A stretch of 64,000 nucleotides of DNA from Candidatus Multivoradales bacterium (GTDB lineage: Bacteria > Acidobacteriota > Thermoanaerobaculia > Multivoradales > JAHEKO01), in assembly GCA_965223855.1 (NCBI GenBank), contig CBDCXM010000009.1:336142-400141 (forward strand), in the 5' to 3' direction. Position 1 is the stretch's first letter; every line of letters starts with the position of its first letter. Shown piece after piece: positions 29,541 through 38,546 of the stretch. The translations under genes were made by a program, and so were the position numbers. Under the pieces are notes generated by a model, which saw only the letters and a list, made by a program, of their open reading frames with translations, ran no database searches and had not been told where the DNA came from.

Positions 29541-30215
29541 TCAGCGCACCCTGACGACGACCCTGCGATTCCGCGGTTCGCGCACCCCGTCTCCCGTCGG
29601 CACCGCCGGTTGCGATTCACCGAACGCCTCGATGGCGATCGCCGCTGCAGGGACACCGGCCTCGATCAGCCTGTCGCGCACCGCTTCGGCCCGTCGCCGC
29701 GACAGGCCGTCGTTGAGCGTCTCGGTCCCCGAAGTGTCGGTGTGACCGGCCACCCGGATCGCCGCAGTCGCACGCTGTCGGAGGTCTTCGAGCAGCTCGT
29801 CCATCGCCCCGTCCGCCCCGCCCGCCAGCCGGGTCGTGCCGAGCTCGAAGAGGACGGTCCAGTCCGTCGGAGCGGGAGGCTCGTGCTCGATCGCCGGAGA
29901 AAAGCCGAGCTCGAGCCCGTCGACCTCCACCGTGCGGATGTCACTCAGATCGTCGAAGGAGACCGCCTCGTAGGCGGAGTCGAGCAGCGCGCTCTCGCCG
30001 TCGCGCGTCACTTCGATCGCGCCGACAGTGCCGTCCTCGTCGGGCAGCAGGACGACGTACTGGCGCCATTCGGGCTCCTCCTCGACCGGCTCTTCGCCAC
30101 CAAGGAGCGGCAGCACCACCGAGTCAGGCGGCCACCAGTGGACCGGCACCCGCTGCGCGGCACAACCTGGAAGCAGGAGAGCTCCGATCAGCACGACCGC
30201 CCGCGCTCGGTTCAT
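29541..30215 (-). CDS. OmpA-family peptidoglycan-binding lipoprotein
   Basis: Lipobox LLLPGC. C-terminal OmpA_C-like domain (RVAGHTDTSGTETLNDGLSRRRAEAV, NRRVVVRV). Confidence 0.65.
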   Translation of the reverse strand: MNRARAVVLIGALLLPGCAAQRVPVHWWPPDSVVLPLLGGEEPVEEEPEWRQYVVLLPDEDGTVGAIEVTRDGESALLDSAYEAVSFDDLSDIRTVEVDGLELGFSPAIEHEPPAPTDWTVLFELGTTRLAGGADGAMDELLEDLRQRATAAIRVAGHTDTSGTETLNDGLSRRRAEAVRDRLIEAGVPAAAIAIEAFGESQPAVPTGDGVREPRNRRVVVRVR

Positions 30216-30658
30216 TCGGCTGCGCTCTCCAACCTCACGAGAAATCGCGTGCCTCGGATCCCGATCGTGCCGACCGGGGTCTCCACGTTCGCCGATTCGG
30301 GCGACAGCTTGGCGATCAGGCCGGAGACGTAGAGCAGCGTGCCGCGGGCGAGGCGGGAGAGGAACGCCCCCTCGCTCGCACCCGCCTCGTAGACGTACTC
30401 GTCGATCGTGAGACTGGTGTCGGGGCCGATCGACAGTCGGGAGTCGTCGATGAACAGCACCCCCAGGGCGCCGTCGGATCCGGTCTCCAGGGTGTCGTCC
30501 TGGAACACCGCGGCGCCCAGCTCGGCAGCGCTGCGCTCCCCGCCCGACACGATGAAGGCACTTCCACTCAACTCCTTGACGTGGCCGACGGGCTCGGACG
30601 CCGCGACGGCACCGGCCGAGAGGACCACGAGAACCAACCAGAGACGGCGATGCATCAC
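30212..30658 (-). CDS. FecR-domain secreted protein
   Basis: Signal peptide. FecR-like beta-sandwich sequence (SGSAFIVSGGERSAAELGAAVFQDDTLETGSDGALGVLFID). ATGA overlap with the OmpA-like gene. Confidence 0.55.
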   Translation of the reverse strand: MMHRRLWLVLVVLSAGAVAASEPVGHVKELSGSAFIVSGGERSAAELGAAVFQDDTLETGSDGALGVLFIDDSRLSIGPDTSLTIDEYVYEAGASEGAFLSRLARGTLLYVSGLIAKLSPESANVETPVGTIGIRGTRFLVRLESAAE

Positions 30659-30784
30659 CTCTCCCTTCCCTTCAGATGGCTGTTACACGACCCTCACAGA
30701 ATAGCACCGCCACCTCGCCGGGCAGCTGCCGACAGCGCCACACAGGTCGAAAAATCGCTATGACAGACTACCGACACCCTACCC

Positions 30785-32596
30785 ATGGCAGATATGGCAG
30801 GTCACACCACAGGCCGCGTCCTCCTCGCCATCGCGCTCGTCGCGGTGATGGCGCCCGCTGCCTGGTCCCAGGAGGAGACGGCGCCGGTCCGCACCGCCGA
30901 CGAGGAGCACGCGGCGCTCTTCCTCGAAGACCGCTTCCCGGCCGCCACGACCTGCGCCACCTGTCACCCCGACCACTACCGCGAGTGGTCGGTGTCGCCG
31001 CACGCCTACGCGCAGATGAGCCCCGTTTTCAACGCCATGCACGGGACGATTCTCAAGCTGACCAACGGCACGAACGGCGACTTCTGCATCCGCTGCCACA
31101 CGCCGGTGGGGATGAACCTCGGCGAGCCCGAGTTCATGAGCAACATGGACCGCCACCCGACCTCGCGGGAAGGGGTCACCTGCATCGTCTGCCACCGGGT
31201 CAATCGCGCCTACGGCAAGCTCAGCGGACGGCTGGCGATCGTCGAGGGCGACGTCTTCGACACCGTCTACGGACCGACCGGAGGCGAGGAGCTCGAGCGG
31301 GTGATCGACAGCTCCGAGTTTCGCGTCAACACCGAGCGGGGGCAGGCCGGGCGGGCGATCCACGCCGAGGCGGAGCCGTTCTTCCAACTCCGAGAGGCGG
31401 GCATCTGCGGAACCTGCCACGACGTCAACCTGGTGAACGGCTTCCGTCTCGAGGAGGCGTTCAGCGAGTTCAAGACGTCACCGGCCGCGCGCCGGGGGGT
31501 GACGTGCCAGGACTGCCACATGGGGACGGAGCCGGGAATCGCCTCCGGGTTCCGCCAGGGGCCGGCGGCAATGATCGGCACCCGGCCGACCGCCGAGCGC
31601 CGGCTCACGAATCACATGTTCATCGGGCCGGATTACTCGATCGTCCACCCGGGGATCTTCCCGCACAACACCCGGGCCTCCGAACTGGCGACGATCCGCG
31701 ACTGGCTCCAGTTCGACTGGGAAGCGGGCTGGGGCACCGACGCCTTCGAGCTCGAAGCGCCGGAGGACTACGAGTTCCCCGAGGTGTGGGCCTCCGCCGA
31801 CGACCGCTACGACGCCCGCGACATCCTCGACGCCAACCTCACGCTGCTCGACGAGGCCAACCAGGCGCGCCTCCAGCTGCTGCGCGCCGGTTACGTTCTC
31901 GGGGACACGAAGGTCGAGAAGAAGGGTCGCGGGCTCGCCTTCTCGATCGAAGTCCGCAACGCCACCGACGGTCACGGCGTGCCGACCGGCTTCGACGCCG
32001 AGAGGCTCGTCTGGCTCGAAGTGACGGTCGCGGACGCGGACGGCGAGGTCGTCTTCCGCTCCGGCGATCTCGACCCGAACGGCGACGTGCGCGACCTGCA
32101 CTCCCTCTACGTCCACAACGGCGAGCTGCCTCTCGACCGCTACCTCTTCAGCCTCCAGTCGAAGTTCCTGACCCGGATGGTGCGGGGCGGCGAGCGCGAG
32201 CAGGTGCTGGCGATCAACTACTCGCCCGACCCTCTGCCGTTCCTGCGACCCTCGGTCACCTCGACGATCCTCACCGGGAGACCTCGCGGCGCCCGCAAGC
32301 ACAAGCAGAACCTCGCTCCGCTCGGTCACCGCGTGGCGCGCTACGAGGTGCCGGCGGCCAAGCTCACCGGGCGCCCGCCGTACCGGGCCACGTTCCGGCT
32401 CAAGGCGGCGATGGTGCCGGTGAATCTGGTCCACGAAATCAAGGACGTCGGGTTCGACTACTTCATGAGCGCTCGCGACGTCGCCGAGCGAGTGGTGGCA
32501 GGCCATCTCGTCCTCTGGGAACGACAGCTCGCCCTCGAAGACGGTGCCGAACCGCCCCAAGCCGAAGAAGCCGTGGATGCCGCCGCGTCGCCCTAG
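30785..32596 (+). CDS. multihaem c-type cytochrome, 5 CxxCH sites, periplasmic
   Basis: Signal peptide. CATCH, CIRCH, CIVCH, CGTCH and CQDCH were counted directly in the translation. Confidence 0.75.
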   Translation: MADMAGHTTGRVLLAIALVAVMAPAAWSQEETAPVRTADEEHAALFLEDRFPAATTCATCHPDHYREWSVSPHAYAQMSPVFNAMHGTILKLTNGTNGDFCIRCHTPVGMNLGEPEFMSNMDRHPTSREGVTCIVCHRVNRAYGKLSGRLAIVEGDVFDTVYGPTGGEELERVIDSSEFRVNTERGQAGRAIHAEAEPFFQLREAGICGTCHDVNLVNGFRLEEAFSEFKTSPAARRGVTCQDCHMGTEPGIASGFRQGPAAMIGTRPTAERRLTNHMFIGPDYSIVHPGIFPHNTRASELATIRDWLQFDWEAGWGTDAFELEAPEDYEFPEVWASADDRYDARDILDANLTLLDEANQARLQLLRAGYVLGDTKVEKKGRGLAFSIEVRNATDGHGVPTGFDAERLVWLEVTVADADGEVVFRSGDLDPNGDVRDLHSLYVHNGELPLDRYLFSLQSKFLTRMVRGGEREQVLAINYSPDPLPFLRPSVTSTILTGRPRGARKHKQNLAPLGHRVARYEVPAAKLTGRPPYRATFRLKAAMVPVNLVHEIKDVGFDYFMSARDVAERVVAGHLVLWERQLALEDGAEPPQAEEAVDAAASP

Positions 32597-34022
32597 GGGC
32601 TTGCTGAGGAACCCTCGTGGGTCGCGCGCCGGCCTCATCTTCGCCGCCGCGACGCTGATGGCGACGGCGATCGGCGCCGCCGAGCCTCCCACCGAGGGAG
32701 ACGGCGAGAGCGCGAGCCGCCTCACCGACGAGGCGATCCCACTGCAGGTCGATGCGGTACCCGAGCGGCCGAAGCCGCCCCTCGAGCTCGGCGAACCGTT
32801 CCTCGGCACCGGCACCCTGCGCCCCGGCTTCCGACTGCCGACCGGCGCCGTGTGGCAGCCGGCGCTCGTCGCTTTCGGCTCCCTGAGGACCGCGGCCCAG
32901 AGCTTCGACTCCGGCGCCGGCAGGGTGAGCGAGCTCGTCGCCCGGTTGGACCTCTTCGCCAACCTTCAGCTCTCGGGAACGGAGCGCGTGGTCGTCGGCT
33001 TCCGGCCGCTCGACCGCGACGGTCGCTTCACCTCGTACGTCTTCTCGAGCGACGTCCCGGGGATCGAGGACGGGTCCCGCGACGAGTGGAACGGCGAGGT
33101 GACGAGCGTCTACTTCGAGGGAGACTTCGGCGAGATCTTCCCCAATCTCTCGAAGGACGACTTCAGCCGCACCGACGTAGGTTTCTCGGCCGGCCGTCAG
33201 CCGCTGATCTTCCAGGAAGGGATGCTGATCAACGACTCGATCGACGGCATCGGGTTGACCCGCAACACGCTTCAGCCGGGCAATCTGTCGAACTTCCGCG
33301 CCACGCTCTTCCTCGGCTTCGACGAGGTCGGCCGGCCCGACCGCATCGACGACGACGCGCGGCTCGTCGCGCTCCTGACCTCGACCGATACCAGGAGGTC
33401 GACCTGGGACGTCGATCTCGCGTGGGTGGAATCGCAGGTCGAGGGAGACCTCCTGGCCGGCGGGATCAGCGCGATTCAGAGACTCGGGCACTACAACACC
33501 GCGTTTCGACTGCTCGGCTCTTCAGCCCTCGACCGGGAAAGCGACCTCGTCTCCGACGGCTGGCTGCTGCTCAACGAGGTGTCGTGGACGCCGCACCACA
33601 GCCACGACCTCGTCTACGTCAACACCTTCGTCGCCGCCGACCGCTTCTCGTCCGCGGCGCGCGGGCCGAGCACCGGAGGCCCGCTCGGGCGCGCGGGCAT
33701 CAACTTCGCTGCCGTCGGGCTGGGCAACTACGGCGCGGCGCTGAGCTCGGAGGCCGAGGACGTCGCCGGCGCGGCGGTCGGCTACCAGCGCTTCTTCGAT
33801 CACACCCGCAAGCAGCTCCTCGTCGAGGCTGGCGCGCGTCTCGGCACCCGTTCCGGGAGCGCCGACTCCGCCGCCGTCACCGTGCGGTTTCAGACCGCGC
33901 TCAAGCGCCACTACGTGCTGGTGCTCGATGCCTTCGGCGGCTACCGCGACCCGGGACCCGCAGCACCCGGCGGCCGGCAGGAGCTACTCGGTGCGCGGGT
34001 CGAACTGGTGACGAAGTTCTGA
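32577..34022 (+). CDS. outer-membrane beta-barrel (porin-like) protein
   Basis: ATG 32577 (alternative GTG 32544). N-terminal signal peptide. Alternating amphipathic strands. C-terminal residue is Phe (TKF), as in bacterial OMPs. Overlaps the upstream cytochrome by 20 nt and the downstream one by ATGA. Confidence 0.55.
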   Translation: MPPRRPRGLLRNPRGSRAGLIFAAATLMATAIGAAEPPTEGDGESASRLTDEAIPLQVDAVPERPKPPLELGEPFLGTGTLRPGFRLPTGAVWQPALVAFGSLRTAAQSFDSGAGRVSELVARLDLFANLQLSGTERVVVGFRPLDRDGRFTSYVFSSDVPGIEDGSRDEWNGEVTSVYFEGDFGEIFPNLSKDDFSRTDVGFSAGRQPLIFQEGMLINDSIDGIGLTRNTLQPGNLSNFRATLFLGFDEVGRPDRIDDDARLVALLTSTDTRRSTWDVDLAWVESQVEGDLLAGGISAIQRLGHYNTAFRLLGSSALDRESDLVSDGWLLLNEVSWTPHHSHDLVYVNTFVAADRFSSAARGPSTGGPLGRAGINFAAVGLGNYGAALSSEAEDVAGAAVGYQRFFDHTRKQLLVEAGARLGTRSGSADSAAVTVRFQTALKRHYVLVLDAFGGYRDPGPAAPGGRQELLGARVELVTKF

Positions 34023-36061
34023 TGGCGGCCGCCCGCCTCCTCGGCCCGGCGGTGGCCGGTCTGCTCGCGATCGGCCCGGTGGCGGCGGCCGAGACCCCGG
34101 CGGCGCGCGACCCGGCGAAGATCGTCACCGCCGAGGCGTGCGGCGAGTGCCATCTCGAGGAGTTCGAGGTGTGGAAGACGACGCCTCACGCACTCGGCTT
34201 CAAGTCGCTCCACCGCAGCGCCGACGCTGAAGAGATCGCGCGCAAGATGGGTCATCGGCTCATCAAGCGCGACAGCCCCTGCCTCGAATGTCACTACACG
34301 ACGGCACTCGACGGCGAGCGCGAACGCGCGGTGTCGGGAGTGTCGTGCGAGTCGTGCCACGGCGCCGGCCGCGACTGGATCGAGGTACACAACGACTACG
34401 GCCCCGACGCCACCTTCGCCACCGAGACCGACGCCCACCGCGAGCAGCGAATCGCCGCCAGCCGAGCGGCCGGGATGCTGCGGCCGACCGACCTCTACGA
34501 GGTGGCCGCCAACTGCTTCGGCTGCCACACGGTGCCCAACGAGGAGCTCGTCAACGTCGGCGGCCACACGACGGGCAGCATCGGCTTCGAGCTGGTCGAG
34601 TGGTCGCAGGGCGAGATCCGGCATAACTTCGTCGCGGCGCAGCGGGGCGGGAGCAAGGAGAACGTCGAGCGCTCCGACGAGCGCAAGCGGCTGATGTACG
34701 TCGTCGGCCGATCGCTCGAGCTCGAGTACGCGCTGCGCGGACTCGCCAAAGCGACCGAGGACGGGGCCTACGCGAAGTCGATGATCCGCAAGGTTCGCAA
34801 CGCGGTTGCCGAGGTCGGCGACATCGCGGCGGTCACGACCCTCGCGCCGGTCAACACCATGACCGCCGCGGTGCGCGAAGCCCGGGTCAGCCAGGGGAAC
34901 GCAGCCGAGCTGCTGGCCGCCGCCGATCGGGTGAGCGCGGCGACCAGAGCGCTGCTCCGGGAGCCGGCCGGCGCGCAGGTGGCGGCCCTCGATCCTCTGA
35001 GACTCGGCCAGCCGCTCCCGGGGACGGATCAACTCGCCGAGGACGAGCGCGAGGGCCTCGAGGACCCCGTCGAGGGCGCGGCCGAGACCGTCCCGGCGGC
35101 CGTCGCCGCGGCGGCCGCACCCGGAGAGCCCGGCGCCACCACCGCCGGCGCCGGCAGCGGTCGGAGCGTGCCCGACTACGCTCGCAAGACCCGGCTGCGA
35201 CCGACCTCGCCGCACCGCACGATCGACGCCGGCGCGTGCAGCGGCTGCCACGAGGAGCAGAACGCCTGGTGGTTCGACGACCCTCACTACGCCGCCGCCG
35301 AGCCGTTTCACGAGGGCGATCCGAAGAACGCCCAGATCGCCCGGCTCTACGGGCTCGCGGCCGGCGAGGCGACCAGGGGAAACCAGCTGTGCATGGACTG
35401 TCACGGCACGGTCGTCACCGGCAAGGAGCGCCGCGAAGTGTGGGACGGGGTGAGCTGCCAGAGCTGCCACGGTGGCGCCGCCGACTACCTCGAGCCGCAC
35501 AAGGAAGGGGACGAGACGGCCGGAGATCAGCGCAGCGGCTACCTCGCCGCACTCGGTCTCGGCATGAAGGAGCTGCGTCGTCCCGAGGTGCGGGCGCGCA
35601 ACTGCGCGAGCTGCCACTACATCACCGACCCGCGTCTGATCTCCGCCGGGCACCCGACCGGCAGGGACTTCCGGATCGTCGAGCGGATGCCGCGGATTCG
35701 CCACTGGGAGCGGGCCGATCTCGACGCCTCCGCCCTCGAGAGCGCCTTCCGCGACGAGGTGGCACGGCGAGGAGCGATTCCCGAGGTTGTCCTCGCCTCG
35801 CTGCCGGCGGGAGAGTCGCCGCTCGCCGCCGCTGCGACGGCGACGCGGACCCGCCGCGCGGGAGGGGGCTCCCGCCCCGTCAGAGCCCTGCCGCCGCGAC
35901 AGCGACCGGTCGATCCGATCGCCATCCCGGACCCTGCGAGCGTCGGCCCGCTCGACCTCCCCCCCTTCGACCCTCCGGCGGACGACGCGCCGCTCGAGGA
36001 GGTCCTGGCGCTGATTCAGCAGCGACTCGCCCTCATCTACGAAAACGTTCAGGAGCCGTGA
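34022..36061 (+). CDS. multihaem c-type cytochrome, 8 CxxCH sites
   Basis: Signal peptide. CGECH, CLECH, CESCH, CFGCH, CSGCH, CMDCH, CQSCH and CASCH were counted directly. Confidence 0.75.
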   Translation: MAAARLLGPAVAGLLAIGPVAAAETPAARDPAKIVTAEACGECHLEEFEVWKTTPHALGFKSLHRSADAEEIARKMGHRLIKRDSPCLECHYTTALDGERERAVSGVSCESCHGAGRDWIEVHNDYGPDATFATETDAHREQRIAASRAAGMLRPTDLYEVAANCFGCHTVPNEELVNVGGHTTGSIGFELVEWSQGEIRHNFVAAQRGGSKENVERSDERKRLMYVVGRSLELEYALRGLAKATEDGAYAKSMIRKVRNAVAEVGDIAAVTTLAPVNTMTAAVREARVSQGNAAELLAAADRVSAATRALLREPAGAQVAALDPLRLGQPLPGTDQLAEDEREGLEDPVEGAAETVPAAVAAAAAPGEPGATTAGAGSGRSVPDYARKTRLRPTSPHRTIDAGACSGCHEEQNAWWFDDPHYAAAEPFHEGDPKNAQIARLYGLAAGEATRGNQLCMDCHGTVVTGKERREVWDGVSCQSCHGGAADYLEPHKEGDETAGDQRSGYLAALGLGMKELRRPEVRARNCASCHYITDPRLISAGHPTGRDFRIVERMPRIRHWERADLDASALESAFRDEVARRGAIPEVVLASLPAGESPLAAAATATRTRRAGGGSRPVRALPPRQRPVDPIAIPDPASVGPLDLPPFDPPADDAPLEEVLALIQQRLALIYENVQEP

Positions 36062-36062
36062 C

Positions 36063-37697
36063 GTGAGCGAGCCGTTCGAACCGGGCAAGACCGTGCTCAA
36101 GCAGATCGAGCAGTACGGCGACCGCTGGAGCGCCTACGGCGCGAGCGAGAGCATCGTCTCGATCTCCGACAGGCTCACCCTCGAGGAGATGAGGGAGATC
36201 GACGTCTTCTCCGACTACGACGACTCGTTCCTCGAGAAGATCCGCTCCGACGTCTCGGTGGCGGTGTGGAAGCCGGACTCGGTGCTGTTCGAGGAAGGGA
36301 GCTACATCGACCTCGCCTTCGTCGTCCTCGAGGGAGAGGTCGAGACCTTCGTCGCCGGGATCGGCAAGGGTGAAGCGACGCCGCAGCCGATCTTCGACGC
36401 CACACGCACCGTGCTGGGCGACGCCGAGACCACCCTGGCGGCCGAGCGCACCACACTGATGCCGACGCTCTCGCCGCCGAGGCGGGCGCCGAAGGAGATC
36501 ACGCTCCTCGCTTCGATGGACTTCGACATGCCGCGCGAAGGCACCGTGAGACTCGGCCCCGGCGAGGTGTTCGGCGAGATCGGCGCCCTGAGCGGCTGGC
36601 CTCAGTCGGTGACGGCACGGACCGTGACCGAGTGCCGTCTGGTGCAGATCCGGATCAACGCGCTCAGGCTGATGAAGCGCAAGTCCGCGGCACTCAAGGA
36701 GCGCCTCGACGAGCGCTACCGCGAGCGCTCGCTGAGCGCGCAGCTGCGGACGACGCCGCTCCTGAGGCGCTCGAGCCCGCTGGTGATCGAGGCGCTCAAG
36801 GACGAGGTCGAGCTCGTCTCCTGCGAGCCGGGAGAGACGGTGCTCACCCACGGCGACGAGCCCGACGCGCTCTATCTGGTGCGCTCCGGCTTCCTCAAGC
36901 TGCTGCAGCCGCTGGCCGACGGTCAGATCGCCGTCTCGTACCTGTCGAAGGGGATGACCCTCGGCGAGGCGGAGCTGCTGCTGCCCGAGATCGACGGCTG
37001 GCAGGTCAGCGCCGAATCGGTCGAGTACAGCGAGCTGGTGCGGATCCCGGCACCGGTCTTCGACAATCTCCTGCGCAACGAGCCGCTGATCGAAGCCGAT
37101 CTTTGGGCGTCGGCTCAGGAGCGCATCCGCGAGTCCGGCTTCGCGCGGCGGCACATCGGTCACGCGGAGTTCCTCCAGGAGGCGCTCGACACCGGGCTCG
37201 TTCAGGGCAACAGCATCCTGGTGATCGACCTCGAATCCTGCACCCGATGCGACGACTGCGTGCGCGCCTGTGCCGACACGCACGAGGGGCGCCCCCGCTT
37301 CGTGCGCGAGGGAGACAAGTACGCCAACCTCCTGATCGCCAAGTCCTGCTACCACTGCCGGGATCCGGTCTGTCTCGTCGGCTGCCCGACCGGCGCGATC
37401 CATCGCGCCGGGCTGAGCGATGTCGTCGAGATCGAAGACGAAATCTGTATCGGCTGCGCGAGCTGTTTCCGCAACTGCCCGTACGACGCGATCGTCATGC
37501 ACGAGACCGGCGACCTGTGGCCGGACGACATGATCCCGGTCGGGCTGCGAGGGCGCGATCGCCAGGTCGCCAGCAAGTGCGACCTTTGTGCCGACACCGG
37601 TCACGGGCCGGCGTGTGTCAGCAACTGCCCTCAGGGTTGCGCCTACCGGGTCGGATCGCTGGAGGAGTTCCAACGGCTGATGAGCGGGGAGAGCTAG
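36063..37697 (+). CDS. tandem cyclic-nucleotide-binding domains fused to a 2x[4Fe-4S] ferredoxin-type domain
   Basis: GTG start 1 nt after the cytochrome stop. Two CAP-like cNMP-binding segments (GEVFGEIGAL; LGEAELL). Cys clusters CTRCDDCVRAC, CYHCRDPVCLVGCP, CIGCASCFRNCP and CDLCAD. Confidence 0.7.
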   Translation: MSEPFEPGKTVLKQIEQYGDRWSAYGASESIVSISDRLTLEEMREIDVFSDYDDSFLEKIRSDVSVAVWKPDSVLFEEGSYIDLAFVVLEGEVETFVAGIGKGEATPQPIFDATRTVLGDAETTLAAERTTLMPTLSPPRRAPKEITLLASMDFDMPREGTVRLGPGEVFGEIGALSGWPQSVTARTVTECRLVQIRINALRLMKRKSAALKERLDERYRERSLSAQLRTTPLLRRSSPLVIEALKDEVELVSCEPGETVLTHGDEPDALYLVRSGFLKLLQPLADGQIAVSYLSKGMTLGEAELLLPEIDGWQVSAESVEYSELVRIPAPVFDNLLRNEPLIEADLWASAQERIRESGFARRHIGHAEFLQEALDTGLVQGNSILVIDLESCTRCDDCVRACADTHEGRPRFVREGDKYANLLIAKSCYHCRDPVCLVGCPTGAIHRAGLSDVVEIEDEICIGCASCFRNCPYDAIVMHETGDLWPDDMIPVGLRGRDRQVASKCDLCADTGHGPACVSNCPQGCAYRVGSLEEFQRLMSGES

Positions 37698-37700
37698 GCC

Positions 37701-38531
37701 TTGACTCACCGCCACCGCAGCGCGCGCCGGTCGAGGGCGGCCGTGATCGCGGCCTCCGTCGCCGCGCTCGCAGTGGTCGTCTACGTCGGCGGCGCGACCC
37801 TGTGGGAGGTGGCTCCGGGAACTCCGTTGAGCATCGGCTTCGGTGTCGCGGCGGCGATCCTCCTTCTCGGGGCAGCCCTCTACGGCGCGCGGCGGCGACT
37901 CGTACGCCTCGCCTCGCGACGCAGCCTCGGGACAGCCTCGAGCTGGCTCGCCTTTCATCTCTACGGCAGCCTCCTCTTCCTGCTGCTCGTGCACCTCCAC
38001 TCCGGCTTCGCCGTTCCGAGCGAAGGGGTGACCTGGTGGCTGTGGGCACTCTCCTGGTGGACGGTCGTCACGGGGGTCGCCGGTCGGCTGCTGCAACTGT
38101 GGATCCCCAGAGCGCTCGGCTCGGGCCTGTCGGTGGAGGTGCTCTACGAGCGCATCCCCGAGCTGATCGAGGAGCTGCGCGAACGGTCGGAGACTCTCGC
38201 CGCCACTTGCGACGAGTCGGTGCAGAATCTCTACTCCAACCAGGTGGCGAAGCAGCTCACGGGGCCGAGGCGCCGCTGGATCTACTTCGTCGATCCGGCC
38301 GGCGGAGCGCGGTCGCAACTGCGTGAGTTCGACTACCTGCGCACGATGCTGCCGCCGGAGGAGCAGGACAAACTCGATCGACTGGCGGGGTACCTGCGCA
38401 CGAAGCTCGAATTCGACGCTCACTACACCCTGCAGGGAGTGCTGCGCTCGTGGCTGTGGATCCACGTCCCGCCGTCGCTGGCGGTGCTCGCCCTGGTCAT
38501 CGTCCACGTCTTCGCGGTCACCTACTACTGA
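37701..38531 (+). CDS. integral membrane protein, putative dihaem b-type cytochrome (quinol-interacting subunit)
   Basis: TTG start 3 nt after the preceding stop. About 5 TM helices. Two helices each carry a His-x13-His pair (H86/H100 and H255/H269), the bis-His spacing seen in cytochrome b and NarI-type dihaem proteins. Confidence 0.45.
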   Translation: MTHRHRSARRSRAAVIAASVAALAVVVYVGGATLWEVAPGTPLSIGFGVAAAILLLGAALYGARRRLVRLASRRSLGTASSWLAFHLYGSLLFLLLVHLHSGFAVPSEGVTWWLWALSWWTVVTGVAGRLLQLWIPRALGSGLSVEVLYERIPELIEELRERSETLAATCDESVQNLYSNQVAKQLTGPRRRWIYFVDPAGGARSQLREFDYLRTMLPPEEQDKLDRLAGYLRTKLEFDAHYTLQGVLRSWLWIHVPPSLAVLALVIVHVFAVTYY

Positions 38532-38546
38532 TGGCGGACTCACACG

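Noticed and set aside
29404-29583. Possible N-terminal extension of the HD-domain gene to GTG 29583
   Set aside because: Not adopted as the primary call, because it would overlap the OmpA-like gene by 43 nt and the ORF track starts at 29403. However, the frame is open and both candidates have GGGAGA Shine-Dalgarno-like sequences, so this remains unresolved.
32852-34021. 5' 1.2 kb of ORF 32852..36061
   Set aside because: Off-frame overlap of the beta-barrel gene. The octahaem cytochrome starts at ATG 34022, with a signal peptide and an ATGA overlap.
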